Shown: positions 14,051 through 27,840 of the stretch, piece by piece
Layout: every line of letters begins with the position of its first letter
Position numbering within the stretch: position 1 is the first letter of the stretch
Assembly (NCBI GenBank): GCA_964016885.1
Contig: OZ024740.1
Location: 87,978,001-88,042,000 of the forward strand
Source: Eledone cirrhosa
Taxonomy: Eukaryota
DNA: 64,000 nt
Direction of reading: 5' to 3'
Notes under the pieces: generated by a model
Told to the model about the DNA's origin: nothing
Database searches by the model: none
Seen by the model: only the letters and a program-made list of their open reading frames with translations
Program-made: the position numbers and the translations under genes

Positions 14051-14915
14051 ACAGTGGCTACGTAGTTCAGGGCTAAAGGTGGAGAGTGAAGGCTTCATCT
14101 TAGCTGCCTAAGATCAAAGCTTATTGACTCGTAATTACCAGGCCAATGTGATGAGAAACGGAATAAACCCAAAGTGCCGATTCTGCAAAGCTGAGGCTGA
14201 AACAGTGGATCACTTAGTCTTTGGGTGTAAAGTTTTAGTACCAGTAGAATACAAATATAGACATGACAGAGTTGGCCAATATCTACACTGGGTAATATGT
14301 CGGTATTACAAAATCAAACCAGAAGACAAGTGGTACACTCATCACTCTGAGGCTGTAACTGAAGGAGAAAAAGAAACAATTCTCTGGGACTTTCCTGTAC
14401 ATACTGACAGGACCATAAAAGCAAATAGACCTGACATCATTGTAAAAGATAAACATAACAAGGTCTGTTTATTGATAAATATGAGCTTCCCAGGTGATCA
14501 CAATATCGCGGCAAAAGAATTTGACAAGCTACGAAAATATAAAGATCTGCTTATTGAAATTGAGAAAATGTGGCACCTCAAGGCCGTTACAATACCAGTG
14601 ATTGTGGGAGGACTGGGAATGATTAAGAAAGGAATAGAACAATATTTGCGAATGATTCCTGGTTTACCCTCTCTGCACGAGGTGCAAAAAATTGTTTTGA
14701 CTGGTACTGAACACGTATTGAGAAGAGCACTATCTCTGTAAGATTGATATCCCTCCTTGTATTTACATATGCATATGCACATGTGTATATATGTATACTG
14801 TTTTTTTAATTTTATTATAATCAATGTGCTGTATTAACTGGCTTACCAATACACACTGTGAATTTATTTGCCCTAGGTGTCAGGCAGACACTCGGCATAT
14901 ATCTCAGAAACAATA
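14051..14915 (+). mobile_element. R4/Dong-like LINE 3' fragment (CCHC + restriction-like endonuclease), (TAA)n-flanked
   Basis: EGFILAA*DQSL, CRFC..ETVDHL..C, RHD, LWDF, RPDI, KY (ORF 14124-14741); AAT arrays at 13981 and 14933-14956. Confidence 0.9.
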
Positions 14916-14956
14916 ATGAAAGAAAATAAAAACAATAATAATAATAATAATAATAA

Positions 14957-16590
14957 TATGTATGGAATTTGGTGTTAATAAGTGTTGAGTCCTAGTGATG
15001 AAGAGGGGTAAATTGAGCAGAAACAACGGAATCCAGGTACCAACAGGTGAGATGATAAAGGAAACTGACACTGAAGAAGGATACAAATATTTAGATGTTC
15101 TGGAGGCAGATAACATCATGAACAAAAAAATTAAGGAATTAATAAGATCTGAATACTAAGATCACATCTAAATAGTAGGAATGTCATAAGTGCAGTAAAT
15201 TCCCGAGATGTGTCTATTATTAGGTACAGTGCAAGGGCGGTGGATTGGCAGTATCGATAGAGGGTCGGTCGCCATGCTTTGCGGCATAGAGTTACGGTCC
15301 TTTATGATCTGAGTTCAAATTCCGCCGAGGTAAACTTTGCCCTTCATCCTTACCGGTTCGATAAAATAAAGTACCAGTCACGCACTAGAGTCGATTTAAT
15401 CGACTTCACGCTCCCCCTAAATTGCTGGCCTTGTGCCTATATAAGAAACCATTATTAGGTACAGTTCGGGAATTCTGAAATGGAATGTTGCTGAACAAAA
15501 AAAAAAAGAAATGGATAGGAAGACTAGGAAGCTATTGACTATCTCCATGTCCAACAAGAGGAGTGATGTTGATAGAATCTACTTAAAGAGATCTGAAGGT
15601 GGAAGAGGTCTTATCAGCATAGAGGACTGTGTTCGGATAGAGAAAAACATCCTGCACAAATATGTGGCTGACAGTAGGGAGCCAATGCTCAACATTGTAC
15701 TGAAGGAGAAGACAATAGACCAGGGGATGTCCAAGGTGGAAATAACAACATGGAGGAAGAACAACCTTCATGAAAAATCCCTTCATAGCACCTTCTTTAA
15801 GAAAACTGAATTTAGAGATCCACAGACATGGAACTGGTTAAAAAGAGGAGACCTTAAACAAGCTACAGAAGGAATGCTAATGGCTGCGCAAGAGCAAGCC
15901 CTCAGAACGAAGTGGTTGAAACACCATATTTACAAGGAGGAGGCTAGCCCACTGTGCAGGATCTGTGGAGAGAGAGAGGAGACTGTGGCGCACATTGTAT
16001 CCAAGGGTAAACACCTAGCCCAGACTCACTATAAGGGCTGGAGACATGATATGATAGGCAGGGTGATCCACTATGCAAAGTAAACAATTTACCACATTCT
16101 GAGAAGTGGTATGAGCATAAGCCAGTGTCGGTGATAGAAAACGATCAGGTGAAGGTGCTGTGGGATTTTAGGATACAGACGGACAAGAAATTAGAACACA
16201 TTAGGCCTGACCTGGTGGTTTTGGATAAGGAAAAAAGATCGTGCCTGATTGTAGATGTAGCCTGCCCATTTGACACGGGAGTGCAAGAAAAGGAGAGGGA
16301 GAAAATTAACCGATACCAGGATATAAAGTGGGAGTTAAAAAGGATTTGGAACTGCCATGAAATCATGGTCGACCCGATTGTCATAGGCACACTACGTACT
16401 ATCTCAAAGAGTTTCCAAGGATGGTTAAAGAAGATTAGTCCATCCCCGCTTTTTCGAACACTTCAAAAGGCATGCTTGCTGGGAACAGCAAGAATCCTCC
16501 GATACGTCCTGAATATCTGAGGCTGCAGGTAGCGGCTTGATATTCATTTCAACAAACTTTCCAGTTAAATAACATCAATGACTCAAAGAA
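14957..16590 (+). mobile_element. Second, distinct R4/Dong-like LINE (RT C-terminus to RLE), decayed, SINE-interrupted
   Basis: MEFGVNKC, YKYL, GGRGL, LMAAQEQAL, CRIC..ETVAHI, RHD, LWDF, RPDL, DVACP; ends in GAATAATAATAAT. Confidence 0.9.
15235..15455 (+). mobile_element. Dominant SINE with target-site duplication
   Basis: ATTATTAGGTACAGT duplicated on both sides (about 15216 and 15452). Confidence 0.92.
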
Positions 16591-16595
16591 TAATA

Positions 16596-16773
16596 ATAAT
16601 TGTTTCTACTTTAGGCACAAGGCCAGCAAATACCCAGTGCATTACTGGTACTTTATTTTATCGACCCCGTAAGGACGAAAGGCAAAGTCAACCTCGGCGG
16701 GATTTGAACTCAGATCGTAAAGGGACGTAACTATGGTGGAAAGCATGGCGTCCGACCCTCTACCGATACTGCC
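16596..16773 (-). mobile_element. Dominant SINE
   Basis: Full core match. Confidence 0.92.
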
Positions 16774-16777
16774 ATAA

Positions 16778-17113
<336 letters not shown>

Positions 17114-17197
17114 AAGTTATATTTAAAATTGTTGGGTTACAACTAGTAAATATTTATAACTGATATAAAAGCACTCGACAAATATTTGGAGTATATT

Positions 17198-17580
17198 TAC
17201 AATATTAAATAAATGGAAAACTATATTTATAAAACCATATCTATTTCATTATATATATTTCGGGGATATCATATTAACAATATGTTATGCCTTCATCAGA
17301 CAAAATACAATATAAACAGTTTTATAGATAAATATATTCGACATACCGTAATAAACATCAACTTCATTTGAAGAGGTTTACTCTAGCAGTAAACCTGCTA
17401 GAGTAAACCTCTTCAAATGAAGTTGATGTTTATTACGGTATGTCGAATATATTTATCTATAAAACTGTTTATATTGTATTTTGTCTGATGAAGGCATAAC
17501 ATATTGTTAATATGATATCCCCGAAATATATATAATGAAATAGATATGGTTTTATAAATATAGTTTTCCATTTATTTAAT

Positions 17581-17586
<6 letters not shown>
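17198..17586. repeat. Perfect about 190 bp-arm inverted repeat (5 nt spacer at about 17390) with a hammerhead in each arm
   Basis: Arms are reverse complements around CTCTAGCAG-TAAAC-CTGCTAGAG. Confidence 0.92.
17478..17541 (+). ncRNA. Type I hammerhead (mirror copy at 17243-17306, minus strand)
   Basis: ATTTTGT-CTGATGA-A-GG..CATATT(GTT)AATATG..CC-GAA-A(TATATA)T-A-ATGAAAT. Confidence 0.7.
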
Positions 17587-17634
<48 letters not shown>

Positions 17635-18451
17635 ATGATGATGATGATGATGTGGATGATATATATATATATATATATTTATACATTTAGCTCGGGGCTA
17701 GTATGTGTGTATATATGTGCGTGTGAATGTGTGCGTGTGCAAGTGTATGTGTGTGCACTCTCATCTAACATATTTCCTCGATATCATTACATCCATTTTT
17801 TTCATTCATTTTACCTTTCCCTTTTTTATCATCTGCAATGTAATTACCATGCATTCAATGTACTCTGAAAGATCCTAGCAGGAACAGACCGCAGACCGCA
17901 AACCACAACTAGCTTCAGGTCAGGTTTTCTATCCTCCATTATTGACACAACAAGCCCCTGCTATTTATACATCTAAGTATACCGCTTTAGACAGGCTATT
18001 ATACACTAATTCCATAGGTAATATGAACATCACCACATCATATTTTCCTTGTTCATCTAAACGATCATTACGCCGCATATTTTTTCAAGGAATGAGACAA
18101 ATTGCGATATTGTGACAAGAAAGAAGCCCACCCCCATAGTCAATGCTCTCTCATCCTCTTTATTTTTTTCACTACTATATTTATATCTACAACTCCCATT
18201 TTCATTTGATTACTTTCTTTCATTCTGTTCTTCCCCAGCCAACCTCTTTATTAATCTCCCTTGTGTCTCTATTATTTTTTTTTCTTTCTCCTTTGTCTGA
18301 AACATATTATTTATTATATTCCCTTGAGGCAATCCTCATGTAGCCTTGATTTGTAATTCTATGACTTCTTTCAGTATATTTATTTTTTACCCTCTCTTCG
18401 CTTTCACAGTATATATTTCCTCACTCTCACCCTCTTACTCTCTCAATATAA

Positions 18452-18527
<76 letters not shown>

Positions 18528-18819
18528 TTATTTATATTATATATGTATGTATGGATATATACACACATATATATATATGTCTCTCCACAATTTCTCTCTC
18601 CATCTATATTTTGTTAAGCTTTATTATATATTCATATTCATAAATTTATTTATATTTTTTTCGTTGTTTCATTTTTCGTCTATATAATAGCGCCATGTAA
18701 AAAACTGGTACCGTTTTCAGATGAAAATGTAAAACAAAACAAAGTTCAATACAAAAATAAAGAAATATACTTTGAATGAGTGTGGGTTGTGTGTGCGTGT
18801 ATGTATGTATGTACACATA

Positions 18820-19017
<198 letters not shown>

Positions 19018-19058
19018 ATTTAATACATTCAACCACTTATAAATCCTTCACTCCCCAC

Positions 19059-19118
<60 letters not shown>

Positions 19119-19414
19119 CTATTTTATTTCATCTCCGCACATGAGCACACCACTCTTTATTTAAATATACATATATATATACATACATATATATGTACCT
19201 ACATTTATACACCCCACGTGTATATGTATATATATATATGTATATAAATTTATACAAACACACACACACATACACACGCACACATATATATATATATATA
19301 TGTGTATATACATATATATATATATATATACATATATACCAGCTGTTTATATATTACCGAGGCGCTGGGCAATGTGAACATTTCTTGAAAATGAAGTAAT
19401 CCCATATATATATA

Positions 19415-19950
19415 TAAGAGGTTGTTCCCCAAATCAAGGGTACCAATTCCCTATTTTTGATATGGTAACACAACACCTTGCAGATCTATATAATTTTGTT
19501 CGTTATAAGCTTGGCTGCACGTACATGCTTGTTTCAACTTAATCGATTGAGTCAGTCGTGAGTTATTGCTGCTTATGTAAAGGCGTGTTTGTAACCTCTG
19601 TTATGTTTGGGATGCAGGAAAATATCGAACGACGATACAGAATCAAAATCTGTGCTAAACTAAACAAATCTACCCCCGAACCATTTAATTCTTTACCACA
19701 AGCTTATGGAGATACCACTCTATCAAGAATTAAGGTTTTTAAGTAGCACTGGGCTTTCAAAAAGCGTCGAGAAAATGCTGTAGAAGAACCTTGATATGGA
19801 ACGCCAATCTCGTAAAAAATGAACAAAATGTGGACGTCATGTGAGCGGTGATTGCAAAAGATTGCCGGTTAAGTGTTAGGATGATAGCAGAAGAAACGTG
19901 TTTCGATAAAAATACAGATCTCAGAATTTTAACAGACCAGTTGAACACAA
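19415..19950 (+). pseudogene. Mariner transposase N-terminal remnant
   Basis: RYRIKICAKLNKS..AYGDTTLSRIKVFK*..DCRLSVRMIAEE..ILTDQL, with stops and frameshifts. Confidence 0.8.
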
Positions 19951-20565
19951 CCCGTTGCTCCTTGTGTAGAAATAATATACTGAACAGATGTAGTATCAGC
20001 AGACAGTACAATATAAGGTCTATAAATATTTGGATTCTGAAAGACAAAAACTACAGTAATTCTACAATTAAATAGAGTGCTATTAAAAGAGAAAATATAT
20101 ACAACGGCAGTGATACCCAATGTTAAATGTGAGCGACTGATAAAAGAAATCCAGTTTTTAACTCTATCTGGCCACATCCTAAACAGAAGAGAAGAACTAT
20201 TCTTATTATACCCTCAAGTAAAGAAATACAAACTTCAAGGCTGCAAACATTTACCATTACTAATAGGTTTCGAACTTGCAGTCGATACAATCGATACATG
20301 GGGCTGCAAAGGATTCGGCACGTAAAGTTAAGCTGAAATTTAAGTTAAAATTTGACATCTACCATACATTTTATCTAAAAACAAACTTGATTTTGAATTT
20401 TAACCCTATTCTAATGCTTTTTTAATCCTATTCTAATGCCTATTCTAATGCTGTTTTAATGATATTCGTCGCACAGAAATTAAAATTACGAAAAAAGTTC
20501 GTCTTCAATATAAGATTATAAAGAGATTTTGACCGTTGGTCGGAGATAGGACCACGTGGTAGAAT

Positions 20566-20701
20566 ATTCTTCTTCTTCTTCTTCTTCTTCTTCTTCTTCT
20601 TCTTCTTCTTCTTCTTCTTCTTCTTCTTCTTCTTCTTCTTCTTCTTCTTCTTCTTCTTCTTCTTCTTCTTCTTCTTCTTCTTCTTCTTCTTCTTCTTCTT
20701 C
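20566..20701. repeat. (TTC)n microsatellite
   Basis: Direct. Confidence 0.98.
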
Positions 20702-20709
20702 TATCAAGT

Positions 20710-21560
20710 TCACACCGGAGATCCCCATCTGATGAGTTATATAGTACCATGTCTGCAAATTCTGATCCTACACCATCAAGACTTGAGACCACTCCCAACC
20801 CGACAGCATATTTCAATTTTGCTTATGAAGATTATAAACAGGAAAGGTGACAGTACACACCCTTGGCGGAGTCCGACACTCACATTGCAATATTTATCTG
20901 AACATAAACACTAGGACTTTCGTGTAGAAAGACCCCGTAGAACGCAGTTGTAAGTTTTTTTTCCAGATCTACAAAACACCTCTTGGTAATAATCACATGA
21001 TTTCTCGAAGAACTGCCACAGTCTGAATATTTGGTCAACTGTGTTGCATCAAGGTAAAAACCCACACTATTCATCAGCTATCTTAGAATCGACAATATCC
21101 CTACATCTCTTTGCCAGGCACTTAGCATAGAATTTATCGGGGAAGATTAACATAATTAGAGGAATCTGTCTTGTCTCACTCGAGATTAATATTACTTAGG
21201 TGCCTTTCCAGATATCCCGGCTACCCGGTACACACGAGCCAGCAAGAGAATACCTTCTATATTTAAGGATTTTAACCTCGGGCTGAATTTCATATTTGAG
21301 CTCCTTATTGCTCTTCTGATATCAACGTCGCTGAGGTTAGTCATCGCACTTAGATGCAACTTATGCATATCAGGTGTTGTTGTGACCGGGTTTAGGAGAT
21401 CCGTAAATAATTGTTTTCACCTCACGAGTTCACATCTCTCCCAGAGACAGCAGGCATACACGATGACTTCTTACTACAAAGTCGGCGGATGGTCAGACAA
21501 AATACTCAATTTGCTGCTCTAAAGTCAGATTCCAGTTCGACCCCCAAAGTCCTGCCATAT
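20710..21560 (-). pseudogene. RTE-clade RT remnant
   Basis: Minus strand CFVDLEK, SVGLRQGCVLSPFLFIIF, FAD-MV. Confidence 0.7.
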
Positions 21561-22117
21561 ATTTGTATATATTCATTTACTGTTAAGTAGTGAGTCTTGT
21601 TAATCTGGAGTTTCACCTGCGCACACACAGGAGAGTCTGATGACACTGTGTGTGCAATTGAAACTCCAGATTAACAAGAATCACCACTTGACCACAACAA
21701 ATAGATACTTAAACTCTACATCGGTATTGAGTCCTTTTTCTCTTTTCCATCAGCTACATACACAATAATTCAAGAATAAGAAATTCTCTAAAAGGAAGTA
21801 GCTCTACTAAAATTCAATGTTAGGAACATATGTTCATATAGTAAAATATTGATTAATACGTGAAATTATTAATCATATTGTCTGACAAAAGTATAGATTA
21901 ACCAAAGTGTTAAAGATAGTCACTGTTAGCTCTACTAATATAAAGTTTAAGAATGTCCATTAGGAACAGTAACACAATTATTCAAGGGTAAGAAATTGCC
22001 TAGACAAAGGTATGAACATAATATGCACGTTTGTATAATTATATAGGCGCAATGACATAAAAAGATCAGAGAGTATAAGACTGTTAGAAGATCGATTCTT
22101 ATATATATATATATATA

Positions 22118-22908
22118 TATATATAAAGAATTAGTATATCTACCAACATATATATACAGATGCATACCTATGCTAGCAAATATATCGGTTTTGTCTTAGT
22201 AACTTTGTGGTTCAGTGCAAGGGGATGCAGAACAATTATATGAAAGACGTAAAATAAGAAAATTATAAAAATTAACTTACTTACTAAAATTTCGCTCCAA
22301 CTAATTAGTTTCTGAAAGGGAATAAACATGGTTTCCGAATGGAACAACATGGAGAATGCCTTTCGTCATCAGGAAGTCAATTCTCAGCTAAGTTCCCATG
22401 CGACGCGTGGACACAGGGAACTTATACAAAAATAATTCAGTGGATGGAAAAAAGCAAGCGAGGACTAAATTCCAAGACATTGAAAAAATCACTGCCTACT
22501 TGGTCGGTGGCAAATTCAAAAGAATCAATCACGTGACATCGAGGTTAATCAGTGAGGAGTGGGTGTTAAGAAGACAGTAGCCGAACTATTACTATGAACT
22601 ATAGTAGCAGTTTTGGCAAATTTTTGCTCAACAAAATAATTTGGAGATAATTATAAAGAATTCTCCATGTTGTTCCATTCGGAAACCATGTTTATTCCCT
22701 TTCAGAAACTAATTAGTTGGAGTGAAATTTTAGTAAGTAAGTTAATTTTTATAATTTTCTTATTTTACGTCTTTCATATAATTGTTCTGCATCCCCTTGC
22801 ATTGAACCACAAAGTTACTAAAACAAAACCTATATATTTGCTAGCATAGGTATGCATCTGTATGGTAGATATGTTGGTAGATATACTAATTCTTTATAAT
22901 TATCTCCA
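22118..22908. mobile_element. Family E element: one minus monomer (period 530) plus inverted partial copy
   Basis: TATAAAGAATT at 22122 and 22652. 22660-22890 is the reverse complement of 22122-22357. Homologous to 8871-10272. Confidence 0.85.
22295..22376 (-). ncRNA. Extended-stem-II type I hammerhead, family E
   Basis: CTTC-CTGATGA-C-GAAAGG-CATTCTC-CATG..TTCC(ATTC)GGAA..CATG-TTTATTC-CCTTTC-A-GAA-ACTAATTAGT-T-GGAG. Confidence 0.85.
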
Positions 22909-23051
22909 TATATATATATATATATATATGCATGTACATATAGATACAGGTATATGTAAGTGTATTTATTGAGGTGTAAGTATGGTCGGACAACGAACAT
23001 TTCCAGAAATATAAAGAAGAATTCTTCATTAGAAAGTACAAACCGCTACTG

Positions 23052-23147
<96 letters not shown>

Positions 23148-23149
23148 TG

Positions 23150-24386
23150 ATAATCCATCTTCAAGAAGTGAATGAAACTGGTTTCCAGAGGCAACTATAA
23201 AAAACGAGAGACTGACAACAGCAGCCGTAGACCTACGAGCAGGTGTAGATAAAGATGTGGTACCATCTACAAGTTTATGTCTCCTGACATCTACCAAAAG
23301 TGAATAATGGTGTAAAAAATCGGCACAGAGAATAGGATGAGGTAGGTCCGCAATGATGAAAATCCATTTAAAATCTCGATGCAAAGCTAAGTCCAACAAT
23401 AAAGATATTTGACCATAGGTTTTGATCGGAGACTGGTTCACTGCATATAAAGAAATGCCGGAAAAATCTGGGTTGGCAGAGCTGAACCGTAAAGGCCAAA
23501 TACTGCAACTAGATCCTGTGTCCACCATAAATGACCTGTTTGAGACTCGGTCTCTGACGAAGAAAGCACGATAAGGTGAATTATTGAGGGAGAGGTCTGC
23601 CGTGCCCAGGCTCTCCAATTTTTGGTTTTTCCGAGGCTTCGAAAGAGCAGGGCTGAATACAATGTTTCGCCTTTCGTGAAAACGCACGTGATACCAACAC
23701 AAAGACGAGTTGTTGGCGGGGAAGTTGGCGCGACGATGAAGAGAAGGAGACCGTCTTCGTGAACGCCACCTAGATGGCATTCGATCCCTACACAGTTTAG
23801 CTACTTGACGAGTTAACGTGTCAATGGCTCTCAACATTGAGTCCTCACGAGATGAAGCAGGCTGGGTTTTAAAAGCAGAAGAAGCGACGTCTGAATCTGC
23901 CGAAGTAGGCTCTCGAGAAAATTCCATAATGCTGTCCGCCGAGGCCGCAATCTGTTCCAAAGAACTGGTGTCGACCATATTCGCCAATATGGTCTGCTCA
24001 TTTGTTGGCAAACGGGAGAAGAATAGCTGTTTTACGAAGGAATTGTCCTCTGCTGTTGAGTCGCTCAGTTCCCGGATACGCCGTAAAAATTGAGATGGAG
24101 TTCTGTCACCCAGGTTTTCCTCTTCCAACAAGGAATGACATCTACTCTCACACGAGCGGCTGTTCCGTCTGAGCACTTCTGCCTTTAGGGTTTTGTAAGA
24201 TGTGCCTTGTGGAGGATCTGTAATTATGTCTTTAACTGAGGTTGCCAGCGAAGCAGGAATTCCACTGATAAGCACGTGTAATCTCTGTTGTACCGCTTGA
24301 ACGCCGTAGGCAGCAAAATACGAGTCCAGCTGAGCAAACCACAATTTGGCATCACCAGAAAATGCCGGTAACGAAGAATTGCTCAT
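23150..24386 (-). pseudogene. Gypsy-type gag-protease ORF, truncated at a (CA)n tract
   Basis: LPAF..LWFAQLDSYF, LGDRTPSQFLRR, CWYH, protease FMVDTGSSCS, ADFLHHYSLLVD; probable start MSNSSLP. Confidence 0.88.
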
Positions 24387-24634
24387 GATTAACAACGTAG
24401 ATGCTGAGCGAGAATTTCTTCGTCGTTTCTTTTTTTTTTTTTTTCCTCTACCGCACACGTGGTAGTACCATGAATAACTTGAGTAAAAAAATATAGCACC
24501 GAGCAAGTAAGATGGCGACTTAAAAAAAAACGAAAGCTTGGTTGAACCAAAAATACGAGGGGCAATTTTTTTCTTCTGTATTTTATGCCTGCATTCATGC
24601 TCACTGTTGCGTCAAATATTTTCACATTTTCTCA

Positions 24635-25053
24635 GGTCACCAATTTAGTGAATTGGCCATAGGGGTATCTACTCCAGTAAATACCATTATATGCCAACCA
24701 CTAATTTAATTTGTTTAGAAGATGTAAAAGAAATGATGATGTAATAATTGAAGCATATCTCAGAAACGAGTATCAATAACGACTTGTATTTATTGAAGTG
24801 TGCTTGTTACAATTTTGGTAGTAAAACGTACCTCGTGCCATGATATGGTGTAAGGCTGAGATACAAGATAGGATTAGAAAAAGCTTAACATATCTGTGCT
24901 TGGTGTGGTCAGTTCTAGAGCCTGCTGGTAAAAGAGAGAGAGATTGTCCTTTGCTCTTTCTTTTATAATCTCTGGAACGGAAGTTCAAGGAATATTCTAG
25001 AAATTCTACCGGAAGTAAATCTAGCTACTTCCCTTTGTCTAGAGAGCGCTACA
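24635..25053 (-). mobile_element. Putative 5' LTR and primer-binding site of the Gypsy element
   Basis: Minus strand begins TGTAGCG (25053), contains AATAAA, ends ..CACTAA and is followed by TGGTGACC (24642-24635). Confidence 0.65.
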
Positions 25054-25245
25054 GAAGTTTTTTTTTCCATTTCAGGTAGACGCGCTCCATCATCTACTTT
25101 TCTAAAAAATAAATCATGCACAAAACGCCAGCACTAACAGTTTTGCAAGAGATGTCAACATGAATGGACCTGTTATTTTTATCTAAAGACATATTTTCCA
25201 ATTCCATCCCGCCCGTCCCCTCAATCTATTTTATTTCTCATTCTT

Positions 25246-25281
25246 TCTTCTGATGAAGGGCTAGCGTCCGAAACGTTGAGA
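25246..25281 (+). ncRNA. Minimal type I hammerhead, family D
   Basis: TCTT-CTGATGA-A-GGGC(TAGC)GTCC-GAA-ACGT-T-GAGA; homologs at 39155 and 62292. Confidence 0.78.
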
Positions 25282-25361
25282 CCCTCTTCCTGCTATATCA
25301 AGCGTTAACCTAATATGTACCGTTTGTGTTGTTATTTCTGTTTACCTTTTACACCCCCCTC

Positions 25362-25419
<58 letters not shown>

Positions 25420-25550
25420 ACGCTTACGTGGACCTCTCAAAATTCGTTGGATTTTCTGGTTGAATTTTCACCTCGAAACTGGATACCAACACGGAGTACA
25501 TCTAAACTTCCACCAGGAAATCTTTCGTATCTTTGAAATTTTCTTTGCTT

Positions 25551-25631
<81 letters not shown>

Positions 25632-25767
25632 TGAGAGAGATAGATAGATAGATAGATACTACACACACACACACGTACACACGCACACACACACACGCGC
25701 GCGTACACACGCACACGCACACACACACACAGCCACACACACACACATTGGACGGGCATTATTGAAG

Positions 25768-25950
25768 GATTGGCAGTATCGGTAGAGGGTCGGACGTCAT
25801 GCTTTCCAGCATAGTTACGTCCCTTTACGATCTGAGTTCAAATCCCGCCGAGGTTGACTTTGCCTTTCATCCTTACGGGGTCGATAAAATAAAGTACCAG
25901 TAATGCACTGGGTGATTGCTGGCCTTGTGCCTAAAGTAGAAACAATTATT
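25768..25950 (+). mobile_element. Dominant SINE
   Basis: Full match; ATTATTGAA flanking duplication. Confidence 0.92.
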
Positions 25951-26514
25951 GAAAGTCACTGGATTTCGCAAAATACATATTTTTATTGGAGAAGGTAAGA
26001 TATTTTTTCGCAAAAATGTGATTGCACTGTTTTGTTTCCAGTTATGTATTTTTCGAAAATGTTATTTATTCATTATAAAAATTAAATGATAGGCATTCCT
26101 TATATAGGTGGGCTCCCCTCTTCCCCTGCCAACCAATATTTTTAGACCCAGTCGATTTCTATATAAGGATATTATCCGTATCCTACGTAGAGAACGCGAG
26201 AGAGATAGGGAGAGAGAGAGAGAGGGGGAGAGAGAGTTATTTCTATCCACGGATAGATCAAATAAATAATGTATCAACTGTTGAACTTTGTGACTTATTT
26301 CTTTGTTAATATATGTTCTGTGATTTAACTCTAAGATGACCGGAAGTATACCAACTCGATTTAACCCCCGAAATAACTCTCTACCCCCCCTCTCTCCCTC
26401 TCTCTCTCGCGTTCTCTCTCTTCCTTTCTCTCTCTCTCTCTATATATATATATACATACACACACACACACATACACACACACACCCACACACACACATA
26501 TATATATATATATA

Positions 26515-26701
26515 ACTGTTTCTACTTTAGGCACAAGGCCAGCAATTACTCAGTGCATTACTGGTACTTTATTTTATCGACCCCGTAAGGATGAAAGGCA
26601 AAGTCAACCTCGGCGGGATTTGAACTCAGATCGTAAAGGGACGTAACTTTGCTGGAAAGCATGGCGCCCGACCCTCTACCGATACTGCCAATCCACCGCC
26701 C
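26515..26701 (-). mobile_element. Dominant SINE
   Basis: Full match. Confidence 0.92.
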
Positions 26702-26760
26702 TTATATATATATATAACACAGAAAAAAGAGAATCAGTGTTGCGACGAAAGGATTTATTG

Positions 26761-26855
26761 GACATATTACAATTGTTTCTCGGGCGATCAGTTCGAGGCA
26801 CGATCGATAAGGTGATGAAATCTGATTCTGAAATAACATGGTCATCGGATACGTC
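26761..26855 (-). ncRNA. Hammerhead-like fold with long, decayed stem II insert
   Basis: GACGTAT-CCGATGA-C..(about 60 nt)..A-GAA-ACAATTGT-A-ATATGTC, then AATAAA; 7 bp stem I. Confidence 0.65.
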
Positions 26856-27244
26856 TCGATTCTACGAAGCAGATTTTCCTATTGTCCTTTAACATCGAAT
26901 CTTCTTTGTTTGTTGATTTAGATCCTGTTGTTGTCATTCCATGAGTGGTGAAGAATTGTACACGTCACCGGTATTTCTAGGCACTCATGGTGGCCCACTT
27001 CTTGAATCTTCTCGTTCTCCACCAAATTTCTTCATGTATCAGAATTACTACTGTGGTGGGAGAGGGGTTGTAATCTTGAACGGCTGGCATCACTTCGACG
27101 TCTTCATTGCCCCATTGCGCGAGAGAGAGAGGGAGAGAGGGTGGGGTAGAGAGTTATTTCGGGGGTTAAATCGAGTTGGTATACTTCCGGTCATCTTAGA
27201 GTTAAATCACAGAACATATATTAACAAAGAAATAAGTCACAAAG

Positions 27245-27426
27245 TTCTACTTTAGACACAAGGCCAACAATTACCCAGTGCATTACTGGTACTTTATTTT
27301 ATCGACCCCGTAAGGATGAAAGGCAAAGTTAACCTCGGTGGGATTTGAACTCAGACCGCAAAGGGACGTAACTATGCTGGAAAGCATGGCGTCCGACCCT
27401 CTACCGATACTGCCAATCCACCACCC
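27245..27426 (-). mobile_element. Dominant SINE
   Basis: Full match. Confidence 0.92.
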
Positions 27427-27757
27427 TTATATATTACTATGATATACAATAGTAAAATAAAATAAGATAAAATACAATAAAATAAAATGCTGGTAAAAGA
27501 GAATGCATACATGACAAGGATGCAGAAGGCGACCGGGCATTATCGAGGTGTGCGTAAAATTTCATACAATAGTTGGGGGCTGTGGTGCAAATGTTTATAT
27601 GATATACATGGGGGCTGGTGGGCTAAGGCACTGGGTGGGAGCCTGCGAAGGGTGAAAGCAGCGATTCTATAAAATTGAGATAAGCGGAGCAAGTAAGATT
27701 GAAACAATTTTTTTAAATAAATTAAAAAATGTTATTTAAATATTTACCTATTCCATT

Positions 27758-27840
27758 TGCTTTTACCGACGGTTTCACCTTATAAAAGATTGGAAATCTC
27801 TAGGGATTTCCAATGGAAATGTTCGGATCATCAGAGAGCA
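27758..27840 (-). ncRNA. Extended-stem-II hammerhead, family F
   Basis: TGCTCT-CTGATGA-T-CC-GAACATTTCCA-TTGGAAATC(CCTAGA)GATTTCCAA-TCTTTTATAA-GG-T-GAA-ACC(GTC)GGT-A-AAAGCA. Confidence 0.75.

Noticed and set aside
14895-14920. Dong 3' end as donor of the dominant SINE tail (AGAAACAA)
   Set aside because: The match is under 10 nt and the tails differ, (TAA)n versus (TTA)n.
21580-21695. CTGATGA..GAAAC inside a fold-back as a hammerhead
   Set aside because: Stems I-III do not close convincingly; at best a relic, so it was not counted.
22168-22849. Identical 60-aa ORF on both strands
   Set aside because: It is a consequence of the family E inverted duplication, and the frame is not kept in other copies.
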